A DNA stretch of 58,451 bases from a virus (lineage: Duplodnaviria > Caudoviricetes). Made by a program: the position numbers and the translations under genes. Positions 16,737 through 26,331 of this stretch are shown here, piece after piece. The notes beneath the pieces are model-generated. The model was given only the letters and a program-made list of their open reading frames with translations, was not told where the DNA came from and made no database searches. The stretch's first letter is position 1, and each line of letters opens with the position of its first letter. Where the stretch lies: positions 1-58,451 of IMG/VR virus record IMGVR_UViG_3300035703_000103; one strand, written 5' to 3'.

Positions 16737-17470
16737 AGACCGCCCGATCCAGCCTTGTCGCGCACCCTGCCAATGATGCCGATCTGCTCGATCGCCACCT
16801 CTGGCGGTATTTCCTCATCGCGGGGCAAATGGTCTGGGTTGTCGGAGCGCAAGGTCAGGGTTCCATCTAGGCGGCGGTAGACGCGCTTGATGCGCAGCTC
16901 ATCCCCATATCTTATGGCGTAGACCTTGCCGTTGATGATGTTGACTTCCTGTAGATTGACCAGCACTGAGTCACCGTCGCAAAGCAGTGGGGCCATGCTG
17001 TCGCCGTGAACCTTGAAACGCTTGGCGGCGTTGGGATTGATGCCCATGCGCTGGAACCAGTCTAGGCGGTAGGTCGCGGGGGTGGAGTCGGCCAGCTCGT
17101 TAATGAGTGCGGTGCGCCCTGGGCCCGCGCTGAAACTCACCTCGTGCTCGGGGATGCGGACATATTCGTCGCCAGGGTCTTCCTCATCGTGCAGCACCCG
17201 GACCGGGCGCCCTGTGGCAATGACGGTGGAAGCCGCGTTCTTCGCAACGATTGCCAGTCGTGGGCTGATTTCCTCAAGCGGCACCCCAAACCCACGGGCG
17301 TAGGCGGCGGCCGCCTCCAGGCTCAATGGCCGGCGGCCGTGGATGTGTTGGTTGACCATTGACGCCCCGCCCGGAACGCCGTGCTCACGGGCAAACCGCG
17401 CCTGGTTGACGCCCACGAACCGCTGGGCTAGGCGCTCCAACTCCTCCTCGGAGCTCCAGATTGATTTCAT
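16733..17470 (-). CDS. cI: CI-like repressor (HTH + S24 peptidase)
   Basis: VHGDSMAP..GDSVLV..IKRV; start MKSIW at 17470. Confidence 0.92.
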   Translation of the reverse strand: MKSIWSSEEELERLAQRFVGVNQARFAREHGVPGGASMVNQHIHGRRPLSLEAAAAYARGFGVPLEEISPRLAIVAKNAASTVIATGRPVRVLHDEEDPGDEYVRIPEHEVSFSAGPGRTALINELADSTPATYRLDWFQRMGINPNAAKRFKVHGDSMAPLLCDGDSVLVNLQEVNIINGKVYAIRYGDELRIKRVYRRLDGTLTLRSDNPDHLPRDEEIPPEVAIEQIGIIGRVRDKAGSGGL

Positions 17471-17495
17471 AGGGTAATTCTTGCGCGAAAGATGT

Positions 17496-17535
17496 GGAGC
17501 GATGCTTGACAAGCAAAAAGTTGCTCCGCTACAGT
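17496..17535 (+). promoter_or_regulatory. PR promoter and operators
   Basis: TTGACA 17506-17511, TACAGT 17530-17535; imperfect palindromes GGAGC-GAT-GCTTG and GTTGC-TCC-GCTAC. Confidence 0.75.
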
Positions 17536-17542
17536 AGTGGAC

Positions 17543-17812
17543 ATGAACAAGATCATCATTCGCGCCAGTCAGGTCGTCGGCGGACAGGCCACGCTGGCCG
17601 GCGCTGTTGGCGTGAGCCCGTCTGCCCTGAATCAGTGGGTAATGGGCAGGCGCCCCGTCCCGCCCGAGCGATGCCCGGCCATTGAGCGCGCCACCCGGGG
17701 GATCGTTCCGGTCGAAGAGATCCGATCTGACATCACTTGGATTCGTGTGCGTGACCGCAAGTGGCCGCACCCGGAGGGAAGGCCCTGCATTGATGTGGTG
17801 GTGGATGCCTGA
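17543..17812 (+). CDS. cro: Cro/YdaS-like regulator
   Basis: GGQATLA..GVS...NQW..G.RPVP.ERCPAIERATRG.V; divergent from cI. Confidence 0.9.
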   Translation: MNKIIIRASQVVGGQATLAGAVGVSPSALNQWVMGRRPVPPERCPAIERATRGIVPVEEIRSDITWIRVRDRKWPHPEGRPCIDVVVDA

Positions 17813-17915
17813 GTGCATTTCAGCCCCGCAACTCACGCGCCATCTCCTCCCACTCCCAGGCCGCGTTGTCCATACAGCGCCTGACGACCCAAGCCAGTTT
17901 CTGAGTCGCCCAAAC

Positions 17916-18170
17916 ATGATCCTCGATCCGCTCCATCCGCTTTCCTCTCGTGGGCGCTCAGACGGCACCCTGCAGGTTGAACTCCGAGGGATGTGCCCTC
18001 GGCTGACGGTCGATGTGCTTGATGCCGTGGCTTCTGCCCGTGGCCTCAACCGCACCGACCTCGTCAACGAGCTGCTCTCCAAGTGGGCAGAGCAGCAGTT
18101 GCGAGAAGCAAGTCTCATCGCAAGGGTCACGCGGGGCAATCCCGAGGTCGCGGACGCATTCGGAGTCTGA
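17916..18170 (+). CDS. Small regulator in CII position (ribbon-helix-helix-like)
   Basis: ELRG.CP...DVLDAVA.ARG..RT.LV. Confidence 0.6.
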   Translation: MILDPLHPLSSRGRSDGTLQVELRGMCPRLTVDVLDAVASARGLNRTDLVNELLSKWAEQQLREASLIARVTRGNPEVADAFGV

Positions 18171-18173
18171 TGG

Positions 18174-18539
18174 ATGAACGCTCAACTCGCCATTGACTTT
18201 GACCCGCCGCGCTTGGAGCGGCCGCAGGGCCTGATGCAGTCGGCCCGCAAGCGCGGACAGCGCCTGGGTGACTTGGCCGCAGACCGTGCAGCAGAGGACT
18301 TCCGAGAGCGCGCCAAGGCATTTGCCGTGCGCTACCTGCAGGTGCATGGACCCAGCAGCAGCGAGGTGATCACTGACGCCGCGAAGGCCGCGGGGATCAC
18401 GCCGCCGGATGACCGCGCGTTTGGACCTGTGTATGCGGCCCTGGCCAAGAAGGGCCAGATTGAGTTTGCCGGCTGGTGCGCCCGCGTGAAGGGGCACGGC
18501 ACGGCGGGTGGGCGGCTGTGGAGGGTGGTTTGTGAATAA
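18174..18539 (+). CDS. Hypothetical protein
   Basis: PPDDRAFGPV..KGHG..LW motif of phage proteins. Confidence 0.7.
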   Translation: MNAQLAIDFDPPRLERPQGLMQSARKRGQRLGDLAADRAAEDFRERAKAFAVRYLQVHGPSSSEVITDAAKAAGITPPDDRAFGPVYAALAKKGQIEFAGWCARVKGHGTAGGRLWRVVCE

Positions 18540-18801
18540 GGCCGGCACCCCTACTGGTGCTCAAAAGAGGTTTGCGACCCGCGCCCAGCGGTATCGCATT
18601 TGGTGCTTGCAGGACGGCAAATGTTCGTTGTGCGAGCGTGATTTGGACGATGACTATGAAGTCGATCACATCGTCCCGTTTTCAAAAAATGGAGCTACAA
18701 AGCTATGCAATCTGCAAGCGTTATGCAAGACGTGCCACCGGCACAAGTCAAGGGTCGATGGGAGTACCGGCAAGGGCAATGGACCTTCATCGAATATGTA
18801 A
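18532..18801 (+). CDS. HNH endonuclease
   Basis: CxxC..EVDHIVPFSKNG.T...NLQALCKTCH. Confidence 0.85.
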   Translation: MNKAGTPTGAQKRFATRAQRYRIWCLQDGKCSLCERDLDDDYEVDHIVPFSKNGATKLCNLQALCKTCHRHKSRVDGSTGKGNGPSSNM

Positions 18802-20558
18802 AGCAAGACACGACCAAGTCGAAATATGTGGGTCGATTCCCCACCGGCTATGGAAAGACGGAAATTATTGCTGGAGCGTATGTCGCGCTGCGTGACGCGG
18901 GGCGCGGAAATCGGCTCTTGATAGTTGTCCCGACTTCTACACAGGAAGAGCAGTACGCAAAGGAATTCAGCAAGAAAGCAAAGCGAATGGGGCTGTCCAT
19001 TCGCGCTGTTGTCTGCGCTGACAAGACACCAAGGACGCTCAAGTATCACAAGCGTAACGAAGCCGAGGTTTTCGTAACCACGGTGCAGCGTATGGAGTTT
19101 TCATTCAGCGAGAAGAATCCGCAGGACAACTGGATGAAGGAATTGTTGTCCACGGGACAGTGGATTGGCGCGGCTGACGAGTACCACCACTACTCAGACG
19201 AGAATACTTGGGGCGCGGCGATTCAAAGGGCAGGTATCGCGCAGTGGATCGCCGTGTCAGCCACCCCCACCCGAAAAGTCGGCAACACGGTTTTCGGAGA
19301 GCCGGCTGTGGCCGTTACCTATGAGCAGGCTTTCAATGAAAACCCTCCTGCGGTCAAAGACGTATATGTCAAGGTGCGTGATTACAAGGTTTCAATTGAA
19401 GACGGAACTGGAACGGTTCACGAAATTTCCGCCAGCAGGCTTGCAGAAGAATCCGCTTTAGAAGGGATCGACAAATGGGAGTCGCGGAGGCAACTGCGTT
19501 ATCTGCAGAAGTACTGCAGCCCGATTCTTTTTCACGCTGTTCAAGAACTGAATGCGCTTTCCCTGTATGCCAGACCGGGCGCGAGGCCGCAGCTCCTGGT
19601 CTACGCTCACAGTTGCGCTCATGCACAGGCGCTATGCAGCATTCTAAAGGGTGTGGCGCCAGGGTTGGAGGTCGATTGGGCCGGCACAGGGCTCAACGGC
19701 CGCGACGACACGCCGCAGGTGCTGGAGCGGTTCCTTGACGAAGTCGATGAGGCCGGGAGGGTTGTTCGCTCTCACACGATAGATGCGCTTGTTCAGGTGA
19801 ATGTGGCGGGGGAGGGTTTTGATTCAAAGCCCGTCTGCGTCATTGTTGACCTATCGCTGACTGGACTTGGGCCGATGAAGTTGCAGCAGTGGGGCCGTGG
19901 AACCAGGTTCTATCACGGTATGCCGTTGACAGTGTTTGTTCCATCTGATTCATCAATGGCCGCATACGCCCCGTTGATGCGGGGTGTGTTCGACAGGGAG
20001 GTTGACTCTCTTGAGCCTCCGCCGCCACCCCAGCCGCCAAATCCTGACGGTGACCCGTTTGTGCCTCCGCCACTACCTGATTGCAACGTCATTGATGCGC
20101 TGCTTACAGGATGCTTTGATTACATGCCGACCCAAGAAGAGGTTGTTGGAATTGCGCCATTTATATCGGCCCAATTGGCAAAGAGGGAAGGAAAGGCTGT
20201 GCATCTTGACCCCACGAAAAGCGCTGAAGATTTTGAACTTATTAAGTCTGCCTTGATTGGTTTTCACAAGAAAACTGATGATCAGAGGTCTGAGATGACA
20301 AGACTTGCTGAGTTAAAGGATCGCACAACTAAAGCCGTTGGCCAAGTTGCCGGCGACTTCATTCGGGCAACTATTAAAGGCGGGTTTGAAAAGTCTGCAC
20401 TTGGCGACACCTGTACACGGATCAATTCCTACTGGAAATCTCGACACGGCGGACACGATTCCATGACTTCAAAAGAGTTTGAGGCTAAGTATCGGTGGTT
20501 GTGTGATGTTCAGCAATCTATTCGCAGCGGGGAAGTTCCGTCATGGATGATTCCATAA
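18705..20558 (+). CDS. Superfamily 2 (DExH) helicase/ATPase
   Basis: PTGYGKT, DEYHH, SATP, EGFD, QQWGRGTR; lower GC than flanks. Confidence 0.85.
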   Translation: MQSASVMQDVPPAQVKGRWEYRQGQWTFIEYVKQDTTKSKYVGRFPTGYGKTEIIAGAYVALRDAGRGNRLLIVVPTSTQEEQYAKEFSKKAKRMGLSIRAVVCADKTPRTLKYHKRNEAEVFVTTVQRMEFSFSEKNPQDNWMKELLSTGQWIGAADEYHHYSDENTWGAAIQRAGIAQWIAVSATPTRKVGNTVFGEPAVAVTYEQAFNENPPAVKDVYVKVRDYKVSIEDGTGTVHEISASRLAEESALEGIDKWESRRQLRYLQKYCSPILFHAVQELNALSLYARPGARPQLLVYAHSCAHAQALCSILKGVAPGLEVDWAGTGLNGRDDTPQVLERFLDEVDEAGRVVRSHTIDALVQVNVAGEGFDSKPVCVIVDLSLTGLGPMKLQQWGRGTRFYHGMPLTVFVPSDSSMAAYAPLMRGVFDREVDSLEPPPPPQPPNPDGDPFVPPPLPDCNVIDALLTGCFDYMPTQEEVVGIAPFISAQLAKREGKAVHLDPTKSAEDFELIKSALIGFHKKTDDQRSEMTRLAELKDRTTKAVGQVAGDFIRATIKGGFEKSALGDTCTRINSYWKSRHGGHDSMTSKEFEAKYRWLCDVQQSIRSGEVPSWMIP

Positions 20559-21088
20559 AGGTCTATGCGGATCAGAACAGTTGGCCCGTGAGGTTTCGCG
20601 GGCCGCTGGACGGCGCTGTTCAGGATTGCAGGTGGTTCGCGCACCTTGCTCGCGAGTTCCAACTTGAGAAGCGTTGGCGGGGACTGGCGCAAACCTGGGA
20701 GGGGTTCTGTCAGGACAAGCTCGGATACCCGTCCGAGTTTGTGGAGGCAGTCATTGCCGGTGTGCGGGCCTTGGGGGAGGAGGCCCCGATCCCGATTGAG
20801 GAGGCCGCGAAGGTTGGCAGGGCTGAACGCATTGCCGCATCTAAGCGCCTGGTGCAGGAAGAAGGCAAGTCCCTGCGTGAGGCGGCCAAGGAGTTGGGGG
20901 TTCACCACGACACCGTGCGTGAAGACCTGCGGGTGTCGGAAGTTTCGGCGTACGCGCAGAAATCCGACACGCCACGCAAGGAATCGCGCATCTCCATCTT
21001 CGCCGGCACCAGCCCCGCCACCGCCGCCCAGCGGATTCACGCAACCTTTGGTGGCGAGTTCGCTGCCGCATTGAAGCAGGCCCTGTAA
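20543..21088 (+). CDS. Hypothetical protein with HTH
   Basis: GKSLREAAKELGVHHDTVREDL. Confidence 0.7.
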   Translation: MDDSIKVYADQNSWPVRFRGPLDGAVQDCRWFAHLAREFQLEKRWRGLAQTWEGFCQDKLGYPSEFVEAVIAGVRALGEEAPIPIEEAAKVGRAERIAASKRLVQEEGKSLREAAKELGVHHDTVREDLRVSEVSAYAQKSDTPRKESRISIFAGTSPATAAQRIHATFGGEFAAALKQAL

Positions 21089-21849
21089 TGCCACGCATCC
21101 GCTCGATCAAGCCCGATCTGCCGCAGTCCGAAAGCATGGGCCGCGTCAGCCGCGAAGCACGCCTATGCTTCATCCTGCTTTGGACTGTCGCCGACGATTC
21201 GGGGAGGCTTCGCGGAAATTCGCGAATGCTCGCGAGTCTTCTTTACCCCTACGACGACGACGTTCCGAGGCTCATCGATGGGTGGCTGGACGAGTTGGAC
21301 GCCGAGGGGTGCATCCGTCGCTACGCCGTTGGTGGGGCCACCTACATCGAAATCTGTAAGTGGTTGATTCATCAGAAGATTGACAAGCCCACGCCGTCCA
21401 AACACCCCGAATTCGACCCTTCCTCGCGAATCCTCGCGAATCCTCGCGAATCCTCCCCGCTGGATATGGATATGGATATGGAAATGGAAGGGGATATGGA
21501 TTGTTTGGTCGCGCAACGCGACACGGACCATGACCCCGGCCCGAAACCCAAGCGCAAGGCCGCTCGCAGAACCCGACTGCCCTGCGACTTCACGATCAAC
21601 GAAGTCGGCCTGAAGTTCGCCGCAGACCGCGGCGTTGATGCGCAGGCCGAGTTGCCCAAGTTCATCAACTTCCACACCGCCAAGGGCAGCGTGATGCTGG
21701 ACTGGCAGGCCGCGTGGCGAACATGGGCAGGAAACGCCCGGCCTACCCGGCCGGTGGCCAACGGCAGTCCGCATCTTTCGGCGCATGGAGCGCAGACCGC
21801 GCAGAACGCATCGGTGGCCCGCGAACTTCTCTTCGGGAGTCAGGCATGA
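21088..21849 (+). CDS. Phage replication initiator
   Basis: MPRIRSIKP..ADDSGR..HQKIDKP; C-terminal DWQAAWRTW; internal iteron-like repeats. Confidence 0.8.
   Translation: MPRIRSIKPDLPQSESMGRVSREARLCFILLWTVADDSGRLRGNSRMLASLLYPYDDDVPRLIDGWLDELDAEGCIRRYAVGGATYIEICKWLIHQKIDKPTPSKHPEFDPSSRILANPRESSPLDMDMDMEMEGDMDCLVAQRDTDHDPGPKPKRKAARRTRLPCDFTINEVGLKFAADRGVDAQAELPKFINFHTAKGSVMLDWQAAWRTWAGNARPTRPVANGSPHLSAHGAQTAQNASVARELLFGSQA
21421..21500 (+). repeat. Probable origin iterons
   Basis: 3x TCCTCGCGAA (+TCCTC), then TGGATA-type repeats, inside the initiator gene. Confidence 0.7.
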
Positions 21850-22490
21850 GGCGCGAGGACTACGACAGATTCGCGATGGTGCTCACGGCCACGGCCGAGC
21901 TGTACGGCAAGACCCTGTCGGCCGGCGCCATCACGCTGTGGTGGCAGGCCCTTGAGCGGTTCAGCCTAGAGCAGGTGGGCAAGGCGCTACGCCAGCACAC
22001 CGAGGACGCCGAGCGGGGGCAGTTCATGCCCAAGCCGGCGGACCTCATCCGAGCCTTGGAGGGCACGGCCACCGACAAGGCGGCTCTGGCCTGGGGCAAG
22101 GTGCTGGACGCGACCTCGCGGGTGGGCGCCTACACCGACGTGGTGTTCGATGACCCGGCCATCCATGCGGTGGTGGCCGACATGGGCGGCTGGCCCAAGG
22201 TGTGCCGCACCGAAACCTCCGAGCTGGGCTACCTGCAGCACCGGTTCTGCGAGGCGTACCGCGCTTACGCCGGGCGCCCCACGTTCGACTACCCGCGCCT
22301 GCTGGGCGGCGACCGCAGCCCCGACGAGATGTACATGCGCCGCGGCCTGCCGGCCCCAAAGCCCGCCGTGGTGGGCGATGTGGTTACCGCTCGAATTGTG
22401 TACCAGCGGGGCACGAAGGGTCAGATTTCCATCACGGATGTGGCGGACTTGGCCGTGCAGGCCATCGGACACGATAAGGCGCAGGCATGA
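21846..22490 (+). CDS. DUF6475-like replication-associated protein
   Basis: GQFMPKPAD..AW..VGAY..VVFDDP.IH...MGGW. Confidence 0.75.
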   Translation: MRREDYDRFAMVLTATAELYGKTLSAGAITLWWQALERFSLEQVGKALRQHTEDAERGQFMPKPADLIRALEGTATDKAALAWGKVLDATSRVGAYTDVVFDDPAIHAVVADMGGWPKVCRTETSELGYLQHRFCEAYRAYAGRPTFDYPRLLGGDRSPDEMYMRRGLPAPKPAVVGDVVTARIVYQRGTKGQISITDVADLAVQAIGHDKAQA

Positions 22491-23017
22491 AGATCACCGA
22501 GATCGCCGGCTGCCCCGAGCAGCGCGCCAAGGCCCAGGCCACCATCAAACGCCTCACGGTGGAGGAGGGGGATTGCTTGGTTTGGACTGGTCGCAGCATC
22601 GGCTCCTCGCCGGTTGGCAACCTGTTGCTGTCCATCCGCCCGGTGCGCCGGGTGCAACTGGCGCTGCAGGGCAGGGACATCCCGCCTGGTTGGGTCGTCA
22701 TCGACACCTGCAGAACGCCGGGATGCGTCCACCCGGATCACCTCAAGGTGGCCTCGCGTCAGCAACTCATGCGCCGCACGGGCAAGGAGGGGATGCTGAG
22801 TCTTCCCAGCAAGTCGGCCTCGCTCAAGCGGGCGAGCCGTCAGACAGCGCCAAAGCTCACCCTACAGATCGCCCGCGAGATCCGAGCAAGCGATGAACCT
22901 TCCAAGGTTCTGGCCGAGCGGCACGGGGTGAATGTCTCCCTCATCAACCGAATCCGCCGGGGAAAGGTGTGGGCCGAGGCCGTGCAGGGCTCAAGCGTTT
23001 GGAGTCTTGCGGCATGA
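22487..23017 (+). CDS. Degenerate HNH-like protein with C-terminal HTH
   Basis: CLVWTG..TC..PGCVHPDHL..LAERHGV. Confidence 0.65.
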   Translation: MKITEIAGCPEQRAKAQATIKRLTVEEGDCLVWTGRSIGSSPVGNLLLSIRPVRRVQLALQGRDIPPGWVVIDTCRTPGCVHPDHLKVASRQQLMRRTGKEGMLSLPSKSASLKRASRQTAPKLTLQIAREIRASDEPSKVLAERHGVNVSLINRIRRGKVWAEAVQGSSVWSLAA

Positions 23018-23147
23018 GCATCGACTTCAACGATCCAGCAAGCATCCGCGCCTGGGTGGCCATCCACCCGCAGCGCCACCGGGCCGTCCTGCGCGGGTTC
23101 TGGCGCCTGTGGCCACAGTTTCGCCCGGCGATGCAGGAAGCGATGCG

Positions 23148-23330
23148 GTGAAGTGCGTCATGTGCGGCAAGACCCTCAAGCGTGCAGCCCTGTTGCTGGG
23201 CACGGTGGCCATCGGCCCCAAGTGCGCGGCCAGGATGTTCACCAAGACCGGGCGTGCGCGCATGACGGTTCTGATCCGCAAGCAATCGCCCCAGACGAGT
23301 CCTGACCAAATGAGCCTGGAGTTCGCATGA
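23148..23330 (+). CDS. Small zinc-finger protein
   Basis: CVMCGKTL..IGPKCA. Confidence 0.6.
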   Translation: MKCVMCGKTLKRAALLLGTVAIGPKCAARMFTKTGRARMTVLIRKQSPQTSPDQMSLEFA

Positions 23331-23740
23331 CCGACAAGCAAATCTTCTTCATGGCCCACGACGAGGCGCGGCGTCGGGCAATGGATGCCGTCAGCAAGGC
23401 CCCTGCCGGGTTCAAGGTGACGATTTCACCGCCCACCCGCACCCTTGATGCCAACGCGGCCCTGTGGCGCATCCTGACGCTGTTTTCCGAGCAACTGCTG
23501 TGGCCGGTCAACGGCAACATGGTTCGCATGGAGCCCGAGGAGTGGAAGGCGGTGCTGTCTGCCGGCTTCCGGCAGGAGCAGGCGCGGCTTGCGATGGGGC
23601 TCAACGGCGGGGTGGTGATGCTGGGCTTGCGTACCAGCAAGATGAGCAAGCGGGAATTCAGCGAGTTCCTTGAGTTTCTGCACGCGGTGGCTGCCGAGCG
23701 CGGCGTGGACCTGCAGGAGCGGGTGGAGGCGCACGCATGA
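23327..23740 (+). CDS. ninB: NinB family recombination protein
   Basis: RTLDANAALW..EEWK..TSKMSKREFSEFLE. Confidence 0.9.
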   Translation: MTDKQIFFMAHDEARRRAMDAVSKAPAGFKVTISPPTRTLDANAALWRILTLFSEQLLWPVNGNMVRMEPEEWKAVLSAGFRQEQARLAMGLNGGVVMLGLRTSKMSKREFSEFLEFLHAVAAERGVDLQERVEAHA

Positions 23741-24078
23741 TCCTCACGCTGCCCTGGCCGCCGAAAGACCTGAGCCCCAACGCCCGGGTGCATTGGTCGC
23801 GGCTTGCCAAGGCCAAGAAAGCCTACCGGGCCGCCTGCGCGTGGACCGCCAAGGGGCAGGGTGCTGCCAAGAAAGACGCGCAAAGCCTACAGGTGTCCCT
23901 GACCTTCCACCCGCCAACCCGGCGCGCCATCGACATCGACAACTGCCTGTCCCGGTTCAAGGCCGGCATTGATGGTCTGGTGGATGTCCTGCAGGTGGAC
24001 GACTCCCTGTGGCGCATCACGATTGCCAAGGCCGAGCCCGTCAAGGGCGGGGCGGTTCGGGTGGAGATTGCGGCGTGA
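23737..24078 (+). CDS. rusA: RusA-like Holliday junction resolvase
   Basis: LPWPP..LSPNAR..DIDN...KAGIDG..VDDS. Confidence 0.85.
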   Translation: MILTLPWPPKDLSPNARVHWSRLAKAKKAYRAACAWTAKGQGAAKKDAQSLQVSLTFHPPTRRAIDIDNCLSRFKAGIDGLVDVLQVDDSLWRITIAKAEPVKGGAVRVEIAA

Positions 24079-24226
24079 CGCCCGGTTTGCTCTTCTTGCC
24101 CAAGCGGGCGCGAAGTTCCTCGTTGGCCTCGGCCAGCGACTCCCGCAGTCCGGGCAAGTGCTTCCCGGCGTCGGCCTCAATCACGGCAGCCAGCTTTTCA
24201 ACATCAAACGGCTTGAGCACTCTCAT
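24041..24226 (-). CDS. Small antisense ORF resembling N-terminal part of an XRE-type antitoxin
   Basis: IEADAG..LPGLRESLAEA; occupies the gap between rusA and the next gene. Confidence 0.45.
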   Translation of the reverse strand: MRVLKPFDVEKLAAVIEADAGKHLPGLRESLAEANEELRARLGKKSKPGVTPQSPPEPPRP

Positions 24227-24259
24227 GGTCAGTCGCAGTTTATTCGGGCTGACCGACAC

Positions 24260-24676
24260 ATGAAACGCTCCGGCTTCAAACGCCCGACCTACGAGGCGCC
24301 TCCCGCACCTCCCATTCGCCCGGTGCCGGCAGAACTACGCGCCAGGATCTCCATGCCCCGGTGCGAGCAGACCGCCAAGCCCGAGCCCAAGGAGGGCGCT
24401 TGGCGCAGCGAAGCCTACCGCCGGGCGATTGCCGCCATGCCCTGCAGCGCCTGTGGAGCCCCACCTCCCACCCAGGCCGCGCACGCCAACCACCGCGGCA
24501 AGGGAGTGGGCCTGAAGTGCAGCGACATCTTCTGCTTCCCCCTGTGCCCACCCTGCCACGCCGAATTCGACCAGGGCAAGGCCTACACCCGTGACCAGCG
24601 CCGCGCCCTGGCCGACGACTGGACCCTCAACGCCATTGCCAAGCTAGCCAACGCTGGAAGGATCAAACTCGCATGA
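24260..24676 (+). CDS. DUF968/YbcO-like nuclease-fold Nin protein
   Basis: RSEAYR..PCSACG..QAAH..G.GLK.SD...PLC..CH. Confidence 0.75.
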   Translation: MKRSGFKRPTYEAPPAPPIRPVPAELRARISMPRCEQTAKPEPKEGAWRSEAYRRAIAAMPCSACGAPPPTQAAHANHRGKGVGLKCSDIFCFPLCPPCHAEFDQGKAYTRDQRRALADDWTLNAIAKLANAGRIKLA

Positions 24677-25197
24677 CCAAGCTCCTCAACCGCTACGCCT
24701 CGGCCATCAACTCCGATGACCTCACGAGCAACCCCAAGACGGTCTGGTCGGACTCCGATGTGGTCGGCGCGGCCGGCATCGCATCCCGGCACCACCCGAT
24801 GGCTGCAGCCCTCACCCGGATGCTGCTGGGGGACAAGAAGGCAGCCAACGAGGTGGTGGAGGCTTTGGCCGAGGGCCTGGTGGGCTACGCCTGGCGGCAG
24901 GGCAGGCAGCGCCTTTCGCGGCAGATCGCCACCGAGATCGCCCAAGCCGCCCTCGCATGGCACCGATTCGGCACCTGCACCCACTGCGACGGCACCGGCT
25001 ACGCCAAGGTCAAGGACGCCCCGGTGCGCGTGAACCTTTGCGTGCCCTGCAACGGAACCGGACGCACCCACCTTGAGCACCAGGTCGAGCCGCAATACCG
25101 CCAGCACGCCACTTGGGCGGCAGCCGAGATCGACAGGCGCCTGCACGAAGCAGGGCCGGCCGCCATGCGCTCGCTGGCACCGCAGTTGGCCCTATAG
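24673..25197 (+). CDS. Q-like late antiterminator
   Basis: CxxCxGxG twice; position at end of Nin region. Confidence 0.65.
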   Translation: MTKLLNRYASAINSDDLTSNPKTVWSDSDVVGAAGIASRHHPMAAALTRMLLGDKKAANEVVEALAEGLVGYAWRQGRQRLSRQIATEIAQAALAWHRFGTCTHCDGTGYAKVKDAPVRVNLCVPCNGTGRTHLEHQVEPQYRQHATWAAAEIDRRLHEAGPAAMRSLAPQLAL

Positions 25198-25219
25198 GGT
25201 TTGTCCCTACAAAAAAGGC

Positions 25220-25248
25220 TTGACTGTTAGCGGTAACGGGAATAAAGT
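25220..25248 (+). promoter_or_regulatory. Promoter of two-gene moron with palindrome in the spacer
   Basis: TTGACT-17-TAAAGT; GTTAGCGGTAAC 25226-25237. Confidence 0.7.
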
Positions 25249-25284
25249 CCACCTATCGCAACACGAAACCAAGGGGGATAGACC

Positions 25285-26037
25285 ATGAACACAACGAAGA
25301 CAATTTCGATTCGCTGCAAGCCAGAAGATTTTGAGGCAAGTCATTTTCACTGCGGCCCGAATACCGATCGGGCGTACACTGTATTCAATAAAGAAAGCAT
25401 GGAAATAGATATTTCCGCTCAGAACGAAATAAATGCTTTTGAGGAAGATGGCTTCGAGTATTTTACGATCATTGCAAAGCCAAAATTGATCGACGCCCGA
25501 GTGCTGTGCAGAAACTTGATTGACAAAACCCCAGAGCTTCAGAGTGCCTACGAAGCCGGTGGGCTGCCAGCTGTCAAACAGATCATCAACACAATCACCG
25601 TTGAGTCTCAGGGTTGTGAGATATTCTCAGCAGCGGAATACATCGACTTTTGCGAACAGCACCACAAGGTTTTCGGCAACGCAAACGAAACAACTCTGTT
25701 TCAAGACGCATACTTCGGCTTGGCGGGTTCGGCTGGGTCTTACGGGATAGAAGAATCGTTGCGGCTGTTGGGCGACTGTGTCCATGAAATGCTGAACCGG
25801 GCCAGCGATCCTGACGCGAACATTTTTATAGTCGAGGATGATGCCGAATTCGGCGTTATCTTTAAGAACCTGGCTTGCGAAGCTGCAAAAAATGTTTTAG
25901 GTCGTCGCGCCTTGCGTCTGCTGCAATCAAACGCGGATTACTCAGATGTATTGCGCGCACTGTCAACAATCGAAGCTGTTGCAAAGCTAGAGCATTGCTC
26001 TGTCAAGCGATATGCCGACGAGCTAGCTGGCGAATGA
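25285..26037 (+). CDS. Low-GC hypothetical moron protein
   Basis: 250-aa ORF, RBS AGGGGG, AT-richer codons. Confidence 0.75.
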   Translation: MNTTKTISIRCKPEDFEASHFHCGPNTDRAYTVFNKESMEIDISAQNEINAFEEDGFEYFTIIAKPKLIDARVLCRNLIDKTPELQSAYEAGGLPAVKQIINTITVESQGCEIFSAAEYIDFCEQHHKVFGNANETTLFQDAYFGLAGSAGSYGIEESLRLLGDCVHEMLNRASDPDANIFIVEDDAEFGVIFKNLACEAAKNVLGRRALRLLQSNADYSDVLRALSTIEAVAKLEHCSVKRYADELAGE

Positions 26038-26041
26038 CCGC

Positions 26042-26305
26042 ATGACCGCTAAGACCACCGCAGAGCGCCAGCGGGCTTTCAAGGCCCGCATGGCAGAGCA
26101 GGGGCTAACGCGCTGCTTCGTCTACGTCAAGCCCGAGCACCACACCAAGATCAAAGCGTTTGCAGCCGCGTTGAATGGTGGAAACCCGCCAAAAAACCCA
26201 ACTCTGCCCGTTGATCAACTGACCAGAACCTCGGAAAATGACACCGTCCCCGAGGATTCGGGCTACCCGCAACCACCAGGTTCGGGCCAAGTCGCCGTAA
26301 CGTAA
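26042..26305 (+). CDS. Small DNA-binding (RHH-like) protein
   Basis: KTTAERQRAFKARM...GL.R..VYV motif. Confidence 0.65.
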   Translation: MTAKTTAERQRAFKARMAEQGLTRCFVYVKPEHHTKIKAFAAALNGGNPPKNPTLPVDQLTRTSENDTVPEDSGYPQPPGSGQVAVT

Positions 26306-26331
26306 CGGCCAAACTCACCCCAAAATTTTTG

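Noticed and set aside
17471-18139. Long N-terminal extension of CI (468-aa ORF)
   Set aside because: Overlaps cro and PR on the opposite strand; the real start is likely 17470.
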